A DNA stretch of 64,000 nt from an uncultured Gammaproteobacteria bacterium (GCA_964634875.1 CAZWKA010000001.1:101600-165599), one strand, 5' to 3'. Shown: positions 1 to 9,286, counted from the stretch's first letter. Program-made: numbers and translations. The notes: a model not told the origin generated them from the letters alone.

Positions 1-163
1 CAACCTCGCCCATGGTAAGACCGGAAATATTTTCAATTTCCATGACGCCATCCTTAATTGAGCGGATAATACCCGCTGATTGCCATTGTTTTTTGTCTTC
101 CATCTGCGTGATTGCCTTGTCGAGCATCGATAGGATTTCAGGCAGGTTTTGTTTAGATTTCAT
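1..163 (-). CDS. atpA: ATP synthase F1 subunit alpha, N-terminal part (runs off window)
   Basis: Manual translation from ATG at 163: MKSKQNLPEILSMLDKAITQMEDKKQWQSAGIIRSIKDGVMEIENISGLTMGEV; follows atpH in operon order. Confidence 0.85.
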   Translation of the reverse strand, partial: MKSKQNLPEILSMLDKAITQMEDKKQWQSAGIIRSIKDGVMEIENISGLTMGEV

Positions 164-190
164 AGCTAATAGGATGCAAAAGAATAGCTG

Positions 191-643
191 TTAGCGCAAA
201 GCACTGTGAATTTGACCTCTCCAGCTGCCGTCTATCATTTTTCCATCTTTAAAAATGCGGATGCCACCCAAGAGGGCCGGCTCAACCACAAAAGAAACTG
301 CTGCGTTTGGAAACAAAGAAGCGAAATGCTGCTCCATGCTTTTTCGCTCGTCCGCTGAGAGTGAGAGTGGGGACTGGACTGTGATTGCCTCTGACGGTCT
401 GCCTTTGCGTCCGGAAGCGGAAAGGGTGTTGAGGAGTTTTTCTGTGCCAAGACCCTTCTCCATCACGTGCGCCAATGTCTCAAACGAGTCAACAAGCTGT
501 TGTAAATCTTTAAGCGCTTCTTCGCTGCCTACAGCTTTAATATATTCAGCAGCATGGAGCGGTAAAAGGTTTTCTTTTTTGCCCGGGTCAGATAGGTGAT
601 TGTGGGTGTCGCGAATCCAAGCGAGCAAAAGATTTTTAAGCAT
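191..643 (-). CDS. atpH: ATP synthase F1 subunit delta
   Basis: C-terminal VEPALLGGIRI..IDGS motif; lies between atpF and atpA; start at 643 chosen to avoid overlap with atpF. Confidence 0.85.
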   Translation of the reverse strand: MLKNLLLAWIRDTHNHLSDPGKKENLLPLHAAEYIKAVGSEEALKDLQQLVDSFETLAHVMEKGLGTEKLLNTLSASGRKGRPSEAITVQSPLSLSADERKSMEQHFASLFPNAAVSFVVEPALLGGIRIFKDGKMIDGSWRGQIHSALR

Positions 644-651
644 AGACAATA

Positions 652-1149
652 TTAGGGGGTGATAGATTCCCAAGCTTCAGAAATACTTTTCTTAACTACT
701 TCTTGCGGAACATTCTTTCCAAGAATTGTGAGGAGCATTTTTTCAATACGTTGTTTAATTTCGGTCTCGATTTGACGGTAGACATCGGCTTTGAGAGCAA
801 CAATTTCCTGGTCAGTTTCACGCAAAAGGCGTGAGCGTTCCTGCTGTACTTCGCGGATCATGTCTTCGGCGCGATGTTCGGCCTGCTCTTTGACTTGGGC
901 GATTTCCTGGCGCATTCTTGTCAGAAGGGCCTTTGTTTCATTTTCTTTGGCGATCAGCTCGGCGGAGAATTTCTTTTTTAACTCCTCGGCTTCAGAAATG
1001 TTCTGGCTGATAAGTTCGCGGCGTTTGTCGAGAAATGAGAGTAGGGGGCGGTAGACAAATTTGCGCAATATTAAAACAATCACGCCAAAATTGACTACGT
1101 AGATGAGTAACGCCCACAAATCAATGCCCAACCCTGAAAGGACGTTCAT
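652..1149 (-). CDS. atpF: ATP synthase F0 subunit b
   Basis: N-terminal TM (LGID..VNF..ILRKFVYRP) followed by coiled coil. Confidence 0.93.
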   Translation of the reverse strand: MNVLSGLGIDLWALLIYVVNFGVIVLILRKFVYRPLLSFLDKRRELISQNISEAEELKKKFSAELIAKENETKALLTRMRQEIAQVKEQAEHRAEDMIREVQQERSRLLRETDQEIVALKADVYRQIETEIKQRIEKMLLTILGKNVPQEVVKKSISEAWESITP

Positions 1150-1161
1150 AGGAAGGAATTT

Positions 1162-1392
1162 TTAGATAACGAATAAGATGATGAGCGAAATAACCAAGGC
1201 ATAAATACCGGTCGATTCACAGATAGCCATGGCGACAACCATGTTTGGAATGATCGCGTCTTTGACTGATGGATTGCGTCCGATGGCTTCCATAGCTTTT
1301 GAAGCTACCATACCTTCGGCGATTGCTGGTGCGATAGATCCGATTCCCATGCAGAAAGCTGCGGCTATTACTTTGAACGAAACTACATCCAT
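1162..1392 (-). CDS. atpE: ATP synthase F0 subunit c
   Basis: Two TM helices, GRNP loop, conserved carboxylate in AICESTGIYAL. Confidence 0.97.
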   Translation of the reverse strand: MDVVSFKVIAAAFCMGIGSIAPAIAEGMVASKAMEAIGRNPSVKDAIIPNMVVAMAICESTGIYALVISLIILFVI

Positions 1393-1446
1393 ATAGGTTA
1401 CTTAGTTAAAATAAGTAAATTAAATTAAATAATTTTAAATTTTTCG

Positions 1447-2238
1447 TTATACCGTCTGCGGGGCTGTTTGTTCTTGGGCGGCTTGTGTTCCGATCGTTCC
1501 GGCAATGAACTGAATTGACAACAACATAAACACGAAAGCTTGCACAAAACCCGAGAAAATACTGATAATCATGAACGGAATCGGTATAAAAAAGGTGGTA
1601 TATATAGAGAGTCCAGTAATTACCGCAACCAGCACTTCTCCTGCAAATACGTTGCCAAACAAGCGGAACGACATGGAAAGGATTTTGGAGATTTCTCCAA
1701 TAATATCGAGTATTCCAAGGAATAAATCTAAAAATGCGTTCCCAAAAGCAGCGGGGGTTCGTGCTTTTAGTAATGGGCCGATTTTAATGTATTTTCCAAT
1801 ATGTGTGAGCGGGGAAGCCGCAAAGGCCAAGACCTGTGCAGAAATAATCATGAGCGCTGCCATAGCGAGGGTTAAAGTGAGATCGCTGGTAGCGGTTCGC
1901 AGCACTGCTTTGCCTCCATAGGTTATCTGGTACAATAATGGTACCATCGAAAATTGGTTGGCAATAACAATAAATAATAAAACGGTCATGATGACCGGAA
2001 AAAATGCTCGAGCTTTTTTTTCAGAACCAAAGGCTGTTCGGAGCTGTTCCAAGACAAATTCGGTGATGATTTCGAGGAGTACTTGCAGTCTTCCGGGGAT
2101 AAGAGCTAAGCGCTTATGTGCCAAAATCGAGCCTGCCGCTATAAAGAGCGTAATAATAAAAGCAGACAAAAGACTGTTACTAATGGCCAGGCTTCCGATA
2201 TAGAATACTGGTTCGGCGGCAAGCGATACATTTATCAT
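1447..2238 (-). CDS. atpB: ATP synthase F0 subunit a
   Basis: SMSFRLFGNVFAGE and QAFVFMLL motifs. Confidence 0.97.
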   Translation of the reverse strand: MINVSLAAEPVFYIGSLAISNSLLSAFIITLFIAAGSILAHKRLALIPGRLQVLLEIITEFVLEQLRTAFGSEKKARAFFPVIMTVLLFIVIANQFSMVPLLYQITYGGKAVLRTATSDLTLTLAMAALMIISAQVLAFAASPLTHIGKYIKIGPLLKARTPAAFGNAFLDLFLGILDIIGEISKILSMSFRLFGNVFAGEVLVAVITGLSIYTTFFIPIPFMIISIFSGFVQAFVFMLLSIQFIAGTIGTQAAQEQTAPQTV

Positions 2239-2282
2239 AATGCTTCTACCAAATTAAGACCCACATAGTATAGGCCGAATAA

Positions 2283-2522
2283 TCATGGTTTGTCAAGTAT
2301 TTTTTGTTTTTTCGATTCCAAGATCTTTTTGAGTATTTTTGCGGTAATAATCTGGTTAAACGGAAACGAGATCAAGAGGCCGGCGACCATTAATTTTGGC
2401 TGGGTGTGGAAAACCTGATCCGCCAGGTACCCCGCGCCCATAAATATTCCAATAATCAAAAGAGTGAGGCCAAAAACCTTAAACCTCATCCCCCAGGTAT
2501 ATCCAAATATGTTGCCTGCCAT
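2283..2522 (-). CDS. AtpZ/AtpI-like small membrane protein
   Basis: Two TM segments with GYLADQVFHTQP; first gene of the atp operon. Confidence 0.75.
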   Translation of the reverse strand: MAGNIFGYTWGMRFKVFGLTLLIIGIFMGAGYLADQVFHTQPKLMVAGLLISFPFNQIITAKILKKILESKKQKILDKP

Positions 2523-2636
2523 ACTCGCTATAAGTATTTAAGAAGCCTATTTTAAACTAAAACCTTATTTTTTACAATACAGAGGCGGGGTGGATGTTGG
2601 GGTGAGGAGGCGGTTTTGAGCTGTTCTAAGGTCTTT

Positions 2637-3752
2637 TTAGCGGCAATAGTTGTTCTCAATCACCATTGCTCCTCCAACAAGGTAGAAGCTGCCAGGACTC
2701 CCATCAGCTTGATTCATGTTAATACAGCCTTTGCTGGAAGCCAGATCCAGCTGCCCGACACTGACCGTGGTGGTGCTATTTGCTCCGGAAGACACATGTA
2801 GTTTGGAGGAGGGGGTAGTGGTGCCAATGCCGATATTTCCTGTTGAAACCGTGGTTCCAACGCCAAAGATCCCGGTGCCATAAATAATATTGCCAATATT
2901 GAGTTGGCCCGAGGCTGTTCGGGAGGGTGGCGCGATGTTGGTGCCGATTATGATATTCTGCGAGCCAGTCGTAATGTCGTTGTTATATGCTGCTGATGAT
3001 GTGGCGGCACCGATGATGATGTTGCTTGGGCCAGTGGCACTGCTTCCAGCATTAGCACCAACATACGTGCTATAATCCGAATTATTGGCCACACTGCTGC
3101 CGGCGTATGAACCGAGCGCTGTAACCATGTTGTAGCTGCTGTCCAGTCCACCTTGGCCAAGCGCAGCGTATCCGACGCTGGTATTATCACCTCCGGTCAC
3201 ATTAAAAACCCCGGCATTTAAACCTATGCCTGTATTTCTTTGGCCGGTAGTGTTATACCCCAGGGTGAGTTGGCCTATGGCAATATTGCCGTCACCAGTT
3301 GTATTGTTGAGCAGAGCGCTGTTACCAAAGGCTGCATTTTGCGCACCTGTGGTATTTGCTGTCAGCGCCTGATAACCGAAAGCGTCATTGGCTGTCCCCG
3401 TATCGTCACCAATGGCCGTATTGGCTTTGAGTGCTTGGTACCCAAAAGCACTGTTAGAGCTGCCTGTCTCAGGATTGTTTAGGAGTGCTTGGTGCCCTAC
3501 GGCAGTCGAGAAGTTGGTGCTTGATACTTGGAGTATCAGATTGCCATCAATTTTGTATCCGCCCGAAGTACCGTTCGTGTCCACAGCCCCCGTCGTCGAG
3601 ATGGTGCCGCTCGTGCTTATGTTGCCCGTAGCCACCAATGTTCCGCCGGTAGTGATGTTATTACCGATCGTGGTGGCTGCAAGAGCCGTACCGCCAAATG
3701 CCAGGCCAACTCCGAGTACCAGGAAAGAAAAATGTTTTAAAGTTTTTGTCAT
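2637..3752 (-). CDS. Secreted Gly/Asn/Thr-rich repeat protein (beta-helix or adhesin-like)
   Basis: Signal peptide; repeats of NxAxGYQALxxNTTG; C-terminal GNIGIGTTTPSSKLHV motif. Confidence 0.75.
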   Translation of the reverse strand: MTKTLKHFSFLVLGVGLAFGGTALAATTIGNNITTGGTLVATGNISTSGTISTTGAVDTNGTSGGYKIDGNLILQVSSTNFSTAVGHQALLNNPETGSSNSAFGYQALKANTAIGDDTGTANDAFGYQALTANTTGAQNAAFGNSALLNNTTGDGNIAIGQLTLGYNTTGQRNTGIGLNAGVFNVTGGDNTSVGYAALGQGGLDSSYNMVTALGSYAGSSVANNSDYSTYVGANAGSSATGPSNIIIGAATSSAAYNNDITTGSQNIIIGTNIAPPSRTASGQLNIGNIIYGTGIFGVGTTVSTGNIGIGTTTPSSKLHVSSGANSTTTVSVGQLDLASSKGCINMNQADGSPGSFYLVGGAMVIENNYCR

Positions 3753-3980
3753 ACAAATAAAAAAATATACTAATATAGTATACCAGAAAATTATAAATTT
3801 TGCTTATGAAACGTTGTAGAGAGTGATTATGTAGTATTTTCTTCTGATCGAACCAGCGAAATCCACGTTAACAGTTTGAACAACAGTGCGCTGGTGGAGT
3901 TTGCTGTTAGGGCATAGCTGCCAGTCAGATAGACAGGTGAAATAGACGATGGTAGAGTAAATTCGATTTTAATAAATTTT

Positions 3981-4613
3981 ATGGAAAGTATTGCTACCTT
4001 ACTCTTTGATGTTGATGGCACACTTCTGGATACACGGGAGTTTATCCTGCAAGCTACGGAGCATTGTTTGTCAGTGCACGGGTTTGCAGTTCCGGATCGT
4101 TCAGTGATCGCGCCTTTGGTCGGCAAGCCGTTCAACGAATATTATGGCACGCTTACCGGTCTCGAAGATACCCTCGTGCTGCAGAACGAGCACCGAAATT
4201 TTCAGCTGGCTAATATGCACCTGTCGGTTCCATTTCCAAAAACACTCAGTACCCTACAAACACTTCAGGAACGCGGTTATAAAATGGCAGTAGTTACGAC
4301 TCGTTCCAAAAAGACCTCGCTGCAGACTTTGGAGCAAGCTGGGTTGGCATCATTTTTTACTGTTGTTATTTCGGCCGAAGATGCTCCTGAGCTGAAGCCA
4401 CATCCCGCCCCACTGTTAAGAGCTCTGGAATTGATGAATGAATCCACAGATTCAGCCACCATGATCGGCGACAGCCATCTAGATATTGAGGCAGGAAAAA
4501 ACGCTGGTATCAAAACCGTTCGCGCGACGTATGGATTTCACGCCGATCATCTCCATGAGCCGGAACCAAATTTTTTTATTGAGGATATTGGTGATTTGTT
4601 AAAACTATTTTAG
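3981..4613 (+). CDS. HAD-superfamily hydrolase (phosphoglycolate phosphatase/PpaX-like)
   Basis: FDVDGTL, KPHP and GDSxxD motifs. Confidence 0.92.
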   Translation: MESIATLLFDVDGTLLDTREFILQATEHCLSVHGFAVPDRSVIAPLVGKPFNEYYGTLTGLEDTLVLQNEHRNFQLANMHLSVPFPKTLSTLQTLQERGYKMAVVTTRSKKTSLQTLEQAGLASFFTVVISAEDAPELKPHPAPLLRALELMNESTDSATMIGDSHLDIEAGKNAGIKTVRATYGFHADHLHEPEPNFFIEDIGDLLKLF

Positions 4614-4685
4614 TGGTATTTTCTTAAATTAAGAATATCGGCAAGTAATATTTTTACCTGTTTAAATTTCTTTAATTAACGTAAT

Positions 4686-4714
4686 TTGACAAACATTTTT
4701 AATCATAGTAATCT
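4686..4714 (+). promoter_or_regulatory. sigma70 promoter of the leader peptide/tRNA-Asn unit
   Basis: TTGACA (4686-4691), 17-bp spacer, TAATCT (4709-4714); predicted +1 falls at the ATG at 4721. Confidence 0.8.
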
Positions 4715-4720
4715 CAGTAT

Positions 4721-4771
4721 ATGAAAAACTCACGCGCCAACAATTCGAATAATAATATCCTGCTCCGCTAG
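4721..4771 (+). CDS. Asn-rich attenuator leader peptide MKNSRANNSNNNILLR
   Basis: 16 codons including 6 Asn; leaderless start; overlaps attenuator segments; below the ORF track cutoff. Confidence 0.8.
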   Translation: MKNSRANNSNNNILLR

Positions 4772-4795
4772 GGTGAGTTTCTTGTTACCAAAAAC

Positions 4796-4822
4796 AAACT
4801 CTCCCGACGCGGAGAGTTTTTT
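4796..4822 (+). terminator. Attenuator terminator (3:4 hairpin)
   Basis: AAACTCTCC-cgacgc-GGAGAGTTT followed by TTT; alternative pairing with GGGTGAGTTT at 4771-4780. Confidence 0.85.
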
Positions 4823-4885
4823 AGTTAGCGACGAGGCGAGGGACGAGTCCGTCTGGCTGACTATCCCGACATGGTCGTGGGTAAT

Positions 4886-4957
4886 TCCTCTGTAGTTCAA
4901 TGGTAGAACACTCCGCTGTTAACGGAGGGGTTCCTGGTTCGAGTCCAGGCGGAGGAG
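4886..4957 (+). tRNA. tRNA-Asn (GTT), CCA not encoded
   Basis: Cloverleaf: acceptor TCCTCTG/CGGAGGA, anticodon arm CTCCG-CTGTTAA-CGGAG, T arm CCTGG-TTCGAGT-CCAGG. Confidence 0.97.
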
Positions 4958-5033
4958 CTTGTAGTTTTTATCTTTTAGTTAAGCCGTTAAAATGTGATAG
5001 GGTAATTTGGGTATAAATCTATAAAATAAACCT

Positions 5034-5468
5034 ATGAAAGAAATGCAATTCCTGATTGAGATACATGCCGCCAAAGAAAAGGTCTGGGATACGCTGTGGC
5101 AAGACGAAACCTTTCGGCAATGGGCAAGCATTATTGACCCGGGAACATACATGGTTGGCGATCTAAAAGAAGGCAATGAGGTGCAGTTTATCTCTGCTGT
5201 AAATGGGTATGGCGTAACAAGCTTGGTTCAAAAGTTGACGCCCGGTGAATTTTTACGGCTACAACACCGGAGCGATACTAAGGAAGACGGAAAGCAGGAA
5301 CGAAAAAAAGAATGGACGGGCGGCGAGGAAAGCTACTGGCTCAAAGAGCAAGACGGCTCAACAACACTAACTGTTGCATTCAATGTTCCACCAGAATTGG
5401 AAGAATATTTTCAAGCCAATTACCCGAAAGCTTTGGAGCGTGTAAAATTTTTAGCGGAGACAAAATAA
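5034..5468 (+). CDS. SRPBCC/AHSA1-like domain protein
   Basis: IEIHAAKEKVWDTLW..WA pattern, 144 aa, C-terminal YPKALERVK helix. Confidence 0.8.
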   Translation: MKEMQFLIEIHAAKEKVWDTLWQDETFRQWASIIDPGTYMVGDLKEGNEVQFISAVNGYGVTSLVQKLTPGEFLRLQHRSDTKEDGKQERKKEWTGGEESYWLKEQDGSTTLTVAFNVPPELEEYFQANYPKALERVKFLAETK

Positions 5469-5495
5469 ATTTATACGTTTTAATGAAGGTAAAAA

Positions 5496-5535
5496 AAATC
5501 AGCTTCTCTGACTAGGAAGCTGATTTTATTTTTTC
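5496..5535. terminator. Bidirectional intrinsic terminator
   Basis: aaaatcagcttc..gaagctgatttt hairpin between convergent genes. Confidence 0.75.
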
Positions 5536-5536
5536 A

Positions 5537-6034
5537 CTATTTTTGTTTTGTTCCGGAGGTGTTTTGGACTGCCTTTGCTTTAGAAGTTGCTTTAAAGACA
5601 TCTTCCATGCCATCTTCTGCGCGATAAATGTTTCTAATGTATGCCTGGAGAAGTTCTTTTGAGGCCGGGATTTCAAGTTGGCTGAGCTGATTGATTGCCC
5701 AATCCAATTTTTTTATATCCCTACGTTTAATGAGGCGTAAAAAATCATCAATTGCCGGTGTATCTGTCACGGCGTAGCCGATGCGGTGAAGTTCCGCGAT
5801 TACCTTGGCTACAGCGGTATCAATTTCTTCTTGGAGAGCGTATAAACCTGCTAAATGATCTATCGTGGAATTTTTGGGAAGTTGGTCAATTTCTTTTTGG
5901 TAATGAGCAATATTGTCAAAAAGTGACGGCATTGTTTGTGCGCTGCCAACCTTTTCCAGCCCCGCTGGGCTTATTTGTTCGTGCATAGTATTGTGGGGGT
6001 TAATTATATTTCTTTGCGACGAGCTAGTTTCCAA
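5537..6034 (-). CDS. Hypothetical protein (true start probably near 5986)
   Basis: 165-aa helical ORF with host-like composition. Confidence 0.6.
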   Translation of the reverse strand: METSSSQRNIINPHNTMHEQISPAGLEKVGSAQTMPSLFDNIAHYQKEIDQLPKNSTIDHLAGLYALQEEIDTAVAKVIAELHRIGYAVTDTPAIDDFLRLIKRRDIKKLDWAINQLSQLEIPASKELLQAYIRNIYRAEDGMEDVFKATSKAKAVQNTSGTKQK

Positions 6035-6483
6035 TGGAAGACGAAGAGTGGAATACCAACAACCAACATAGAAATATCCCGTACCAGGTCGCGTTGTCGC
6101 TGGCTGACCTGATTTTCTTCGGCCGCTGTTTTTGCTTCACGTTCGGCAACAGCGCAATCCTTGCCGTCATAAGTTGTGGTTGCTCCAACCGGGCAAGCTA
6201 CTGGTGAGTTGTAGTAAAGGTAACTGTCGGCTTTGGTAAAAATAAAAGTTTTTAAAACAATGTTAAGGAGATCGACTGCCGAAACGACGAGCATCATGAG
6301 GGCTACAAATGAGACGAGATAGAGATAGAGGGTCTTAATGAGAGCTACTTTATTCGTCGTCGGCGTAGTGTTGTCCATACACATTTTGATTAAAAAATAA
6401 ATAAGTCCAAAAAAGATAAGGAGTACGATACTTATTCGGATACCGACAAAAGCGAGGTCGAAAATGTCTGCCTGAAGATCCAT
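6004..6483 (-). CDS. Membrane protein, DUF5671-like (start uncertain)
   Basis: IKTLYLYLVSFVALMM..ISMLVVGIPLFVFHW pattern. Confidence 0.7.
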   Translation of the reverse strand: MDLQADIFDLAFVGIRISIVLLIFFGLIYFLIKMCMDNTTPTTNKVALIKTLYLYLVSFVALMMLVVSAVDLLNIVLKTFIFTKADSYLYYNSPVACPVGATTTYDGKDCAVAEREAKTAAEENQVSQRQRDLVRDISMLVVGIPLFVFHWKLARRKEI

Positions 6484-6545
6484 AGATAGTCTGTAATTTT
6501 TTGAGGGGAGGGGTGCGGCCGATCCCCCAATCGGCCGTAGGAAGG

Positions 6546-7310
6546 CTAGACCGCCTTAGTGAGTATGTACCCTTCGTCGTCGACCGTGACGCCGAGGGTG
6601 GCGGTTGTGTGGGTGGGCGGAGGGTCACCATTGGCAAGTCTGCCGTGGTAGCGTTGCCATTGTTCATAAAGTCGATCGGCCCAGCGCCAGAGCGTACTGA
6701 CTTCCCAGTTGTAGTTCTCGTTGCGCCGGTGATGGTCCAGATGCGGGGTGGTCACCCGAGTGACATAGCGCGCCCAGAGCGTGCCAGCTTCTGGTTTGTA
6801 GGAGCTGCAGTGCGCCAGGTAGTGCATCTCCTCTTCCCAGAGAACCCGGAGAAAGACGAAGCTGCAAATATCAGCTACAGCGACCAAGGGGAAGGCAGTG
6901 AGGGTGCCAAGGAGTGTGCCGAGCCCCGAGAGCCCGAAGACAGTGAGAAGCGCGGCAGCGAGGGGAATAAAAATCCACTCCACGCGGGCTTGCTTGCGGT
7001 GGTGAAGCCGGTGATGGCGGGCTGAGCTCGTGTCCGGCACGTTGATAACAAGGCTCCAGAGAGCAATCTTCCGGGGAAGATGATGAAGCCCGTATATGTG
7101 GGCCACCAACTCTGTCGGTGAAACGAGAGCGATGAGGGCTGCGAAGAGGGGCGCTTCCCACCACTGCAAGGATCCGAGAAGTGATCGCACGCCAATCCAA
7201 CAGAGTGCGCCCGCGAGGAGGAGGGCAGAGGTGAAGCGCAAGAACACGACGCCTTGCACCTGCAGAAAGGTCTGGGGTTTCGGGTTTTGCCGAAGCATTT
7301 TTTTCAGCAT
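6546..7310 (-). CDS. Fatty acid hydroxylase / sterol desaturase superfamily membrane enzyme
   Basis: TM helices plus four His boxes HIYGLHH, HHRLHH, HYLAH, HLDHH; GGAGG SD; GC-rich. Confidence 0.75.
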   Translation of the reverse strand: MLKKMLRQNPKPQTFLQVQGVVFLRFTSALLLAGALCWIGVRSLLGSLQWWEAPLFAALIALVSPTELVAHIYGLHHLPRKIALWSLVINVPDTSSARHHRLHHRKQARVEWIFIPLAAALLTVFGLSGLGTLLGTLTAFPLVAVADICSFVFLRVLWEEEMHYLAHCSSYKPEAGTLWARYVTRVTTPHLDHHRRNENYNWEVSTLWRWADRLYEQWQRYHGRLANGDPPPTHTTATLGVTVDDEGYILTKAV

Positions 7311-7359
7311 GACAGCCTCCAGATAGTTTTGTTTTCTTCAACAAAAATTTTTCAAAGAA

Positions 7360-8343
7360 CTAGCGGATGCCGACCAGTTTTCGAACGTCGTTCATGGTTT
7401 TTCCGGCGACTATTCGGGCTTTTTCCGCCCCTGTTTTGAGGATAGTTTCCAATTCTTGGGGGCTGGCCAAAAGTTCGCCTCGACGAGTACGAAAATCTGC
7501 GAAATAATTGGCAACGGCTGCTGCCAATTCTTGCTTTAGGTCTCCATAACGAATGGTACCATCCCTTTCGGCTTTGGCAAGGCCTGCGTAGGTTTCTGCG
7601 TTTCCAAATTCTTTGAGGAGTAACAAGAGGTTTTGAGCGCCGGGGGCATCTGCGCCGCCTTCGGTGGCAGTAACTGCTTTTTTCAATTTTACTTCAATTT
7701 GTTTCTGGTCTTCGCACAGTTCAATAACGTGACCGGCGCCAAGCGATTTGCTCATCTTTTTTGTCGGCTCGAGCAAGCTCATGACTTTGGGGAATTCGGT
7801 CAAAAGATGTTTAGTTTCCGGGAAGTATTCACCGTAGCGTTTGTTGAACGCTCGGGCAATAACGCGAATAAGTTCGATGTGCTGGACTTGGTCTTGGCCA
7901 ACCGGAACCAATGTACCGTGGTAGAGAAGGACGTCGGCTACTTGAAGGATAGGGTAGGTAAACAGTCCGGCGTTAATATTTTTTTCCTGGCGGGCGGATT
8001 TGTCTTTGAATTGCGTCATGCGTTCGAGTTCCGCGACGGGAGTGATACAATTAAAAACCCAGGCAAGTTCGGTGTGCTCGGGAATGTGGGATTGTACAAA
8101 AAAAGTAACGCGGTCTGGGTCAATCCCCAGCGCTAAAATTTCTGCTGCCAGGGTAAGTATTTTATTGCGTCGGTCTTCGGCCGTGTCTTGTCCGGTAAGT
8201 GAGTGGTAGTCAGCAATAAAAAAATAACAATCGTATGTGCCGCTATTTTGGAGTTCGATCCAATTTTTGACCGCTCCTAAATAATTGCCAATGTGGAGGT
8301 TGCCGGTTGGTTGGATCCCAGAGAAAATAACAGGTTTGGACAT
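7360..8343 (-). CDS. trpS: Tryptophan--tRNA ligase
   Basis: SGIQPTG, HIGN, VPVGQDQ and KMSKS motifs. Confidence 0.97.
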   Translation of the reverse strand: MSKPVIFSGIQPTGNLHIGNYLGAVKNWIELQNSGTYDCYFFIADYHSLTGQDTAEDRRNKILTLAAEILALGIDPDRVTFFVQSHIPEHTELAWVFNCITPVAELERMTQFKDKSARQEKNINAGLFTYPILQVADVLLYHGTLVPVGQDQVQHIELIRVIARAFNKRYGEYFPETKHLLTEFPKVMSLLEPTKKMSKSLGAGHVIELCEDQKQIEVKLKKAVTATEGGADAPGAQNLLLLLKEFGNAETYAGLAKAERDGTIRYGDLKQELAAAVANYFADFRTRRGELLASPQELETILKTGAEKARIVAGKTMNDVRKLVGIR

Positions 8344-8357
8344 AACAGAAAAATAGT

Positions 8358-9278
8358 TTATTTTTTTACAGTAATAGTTTTTTCTTCTCCAGTTGCACGC
8401 TTAACGCTTTCATCTTCCAAGTTAAAAACAAAATTTTCGTGCCAGGCAGGTTGTCCAGGTTCAGCAGGTGCGACAGTGAGCGTGAAGTAAATTTGTTTTA
8501 AATTCGGACTGATTCCGCGTACGGCCAAGCTTGCAGTAGGGTATATTTTGCAGGTGTTATCAAAGTCTCCGTTTCCGCCGCACTGCAGGCGGGTAGTGAC
8601 TGGAAACATATTTTTACCGTTGACGGTGATTGTATTGATGGTGGTTTCACCATCGGCCCGGCAACTAACAATCCCCTGTGCGTTCGTGGTGGCGCAGGGA
8701 TTTTCATAACCATATTCAATCGTGAACGTTTTTTGTTCCGGTGTGGTTATGTTTAAACGCGTCTCAGCACAAGGATGGACTAGGTGGATTTTAGTAACTT
8801 CTGGCAAATTGTTTTTTGTGGAAATATAATAGTCCGTTTGGTACCAGCCACAAACATCCCCGTCACTAGTAGTAAGTACTGTAACTGTAGGGTCAGAAGT
8901 AGAAAAGAAGGTCGGTTTGTCACCGTTATTGCTGATAAAAACATTTTGTTCAAGCACCTTTCTTCCGCCGTAGCCGTCAGTGTAGAGGTAGACTGTTCGG
9001 TTTGGCTCGTATCCGAGCGTATGGGTGCTGTCAATTTTCCTTTGGACTGATAGGTTTTTAATGTCCGGATTTGTTGCCTCGGTTTCTTGGGCTATTGGTT
9101 GAATGGAATTGACGGGTAAAAATTTTTCTTGTAACTGGCGTTCCAAAACAACAATGCGTTCTGAAAACATTTTGGTGTACAGTATTCCAGTATAGCCGCT
9201 GACGACCGCTGCGATAACAGTGGTAAGCGCTAATCCGCTAATAAAATAAATAATGATTTGTGGTCGAATGCGACTCAT
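8358..9278 (-). CDS. Hypothetical membrane-anchored extracellular protein
   Basis: N-terminal TM, Thr-rich beta domain with 6 Cys. Confidence 0.7.
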   Translation of the reverse strand: MSRIRPQIIIYFISGLALTTVIAAVVSGYTGILYTKMFSERIVVLERQLQEKFLPVNSIQPIAQETEATNPDIKNLSVQRKIDSTHTLGYEPNRTVYLYTDGYGGRKVLEQNVFISNNGDKPTFFSTSDPTVTVLTTSDGDVCGWYQTDYYISTKNNLPEVTKIHLVHPCAETRLNITTPEQKTFTIEYGYENPCATTNAQGIVSCRADGETTINTITVNGKNMFPVTTRLQCGGNGDFDNTCKIYPTASLAVRGISPNLKQIYFTLTVAPAEPGQPAWHENFVFNLEDESVKRATGEEKTITVKK

Positions 9279-9286
9279 AACAACGT

